Shown piece by piece: positions 62,580 to 64,000 of a stretch of 64,000 nucleotides of DNA (positions within the stretch are counted from its first letter, which is position 1; the number at the start of each line of letters is the position of its first letter). The notes under the pieces are model-generated. The model was not told the origin of the DNA. It was given only the letters and a program-made list of their open reading frames with translations, and did not search any database. The stretch is taken from positions 1,986,001-2,050,000 of the forward strand of contig NC_045698.1 of assembly GCF_009834535.1 (NCBI RefSeq), given 5' to 3'. Source of the stretch: Camelus ferus (taxonomy: Eukaryota). Made by a program: the position numbers and the translations under genes.

Positions 62580-64000
62580 ACTTTTTCTACTGTTTGGTTT
62601 TTGGCTTTGGTGTCAAGGTTATAAGAACATTACAAAATGTCATAAAATTTATTTTGTGTGATTTAAAAAATCCCTAGCTGTATTTCATTTTACAACAAAA
62701 ATGTTATTTAAATATACATGTTTTCTTTATCAGCTTTTTAAATGGTATATTTTTATTAATATTTTAATGAAAAGACTGGTTTTGTTCATACTGTTTTTGT
62801 TAATGTTTTTATATTTAATTTATACTCATATTTTTCAAATTCACCTTCTTTGAACTTTTCTATTACCTTATTTTTCTTGGTTTCTGATTTGATTAGTGTT
62901 TACTCTCTATCCTTCCGTGTTATGTAAATTTAAGGTAACCACACCCCCTCTAAATGTTATGCTGGTGTGCCCCAAAGTGTTTTTGCTGCTACTTAGTTTG
63001 AAATGTTTTCTAATTTCTATTATAATTTCTTTTTGAAACATAAATTATTAGGACCAGATTTTCATTTCTAAATGCTTTAGTTGGTTATGATTTTGTGTTC
63101 CTTTCTAATGGCATATTTTTGTCAATAGAAAATGGCAAAATATACAAATATTTGGTCTTTTCACAGGGAATTATATTCAATATCTTGTAATAACCTTTAA
63201 TGAAAAAATATGAAAATGAATATATGTATGTATATACGTGACTGGGACGTTGTGCTGTATACCAAAAATTGACACATTATAACTGACTGTACTTCAATTA
63301 AAAATATGGCCTTTTAAATGCCTTTTAAAATTTCATTGCATTATTACATTTTCAAAAGTTGAATATACTTAAAGAGTGAGTGAGAATTTTCTGGTCATTA
63401 GGTGCAGAGTCTTACGGACATTTATTTGATCAAGCTTTGTACTTTGTGTTATTCAATTTTTCACAAACTATAACTAATCTTACTTGCTTGCTTTATTCAT
63501 TTTCATAATATTTTGGTAAATTTATCAATTATGATGATAGATTTGTCCATTTTTTTCTCTTGTATTTATTTTGTCTGTATATATTCTGAGTCTGTTATTA
63601 ATGTGCATATGAGGTACGCACTTTTATAGTTTTTTGATGAATTTTTCCCTTTATCATGAAGATATAACCTTATTATCTATTCATTATTATTATTTGCTCT
63701 TGGTTAGCATTAGTGTTACTATCTTTTATTGGTTAGTATTTTCTGTGTACACATCTTTCACGATTTTTTCATCTTTACACAGGATGCTGAATTATTTCCT
63801 TTTGTTTCTCCCTGATAACATCTCTCTTAAATAAGACAATTTATTACTTTTACATTAATTTGAATTGCTATCATGTTTGCAATAATTTCTGCCAAATTCC
63901 ATTAAGATTTTCTTTTACAGTGCATTTTTTCTTCTTTTTAGGGGTCTACTTTTATCCTTTTCCACTGCATTAAATTAGATTTATTTACTCATTTCTCCTT
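62580..64000 (-). mobile_element. Old LINE-1 ORF2 region, runs off the window
   Basis: 'ttggtgtcaaggttat', 'ttttctaatttctattataatttctttt', 'tagatttgtccatt' and 'ttttattggttagtattt' are antisense L1M motifs. Confidence 0.65.
63162..63305 (+). mobile_element. Young LINE-1 3' tail inserted into the old L1
   Basis: 'cacagggaattatattcaatatcttgtaataacc...ttgacacattataactgactgtacttcaattaaaaa'. Probable TSD aaatatttggtctttt / aaatatggcctttt. Confidence 0.9.

Noticed and set aside
1..64000. A novel multi-gene or prokaryote-like system
   Set aside because: No operon-like ORF organisation or recognisable enzyme domains. The repeats show this is mammalian non-coding DNA.

Overview
This is mammalian genomic DNA, most likely camelid, judged from two vic-1-type tRNA-derived SINEs and artiodactyl-type L1 3' tails. 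I found no convincing protein-coding exon, RNA gene, CRISPR array or prokaryotic system. The long ORFs are low-complexity GC-rich chance frames, and the only ORFs I recognise are decayed LINE-1 ORF2 pieces. The first ~57.6 kb is GC/CpG-rich, resembling subtelomeric DNA, and is interrupted by AT-rich islands dense in homeobox motifs that look like developmental enhancers. The last ~6 kb is very AT-rich and dominated by old L1. Repeats include L1, L2, MIR, MLT1A, MER20, a Tigger2-family element, a complete solo ERV LTR with a 5-bp TSD, a 40-bp minisatellite and microsatellites. Repeat family names come from my recollection of consensus sequences, not from a search, and boundaries of old repeats are approximate. 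The most notable observations are a palindrome at 38025-38166 with a perfect 32-bp core and decayed outer arms, a strong AT-to-GC substitution bias in some repeat copies, and the solo LTR with intact promoter motifs.
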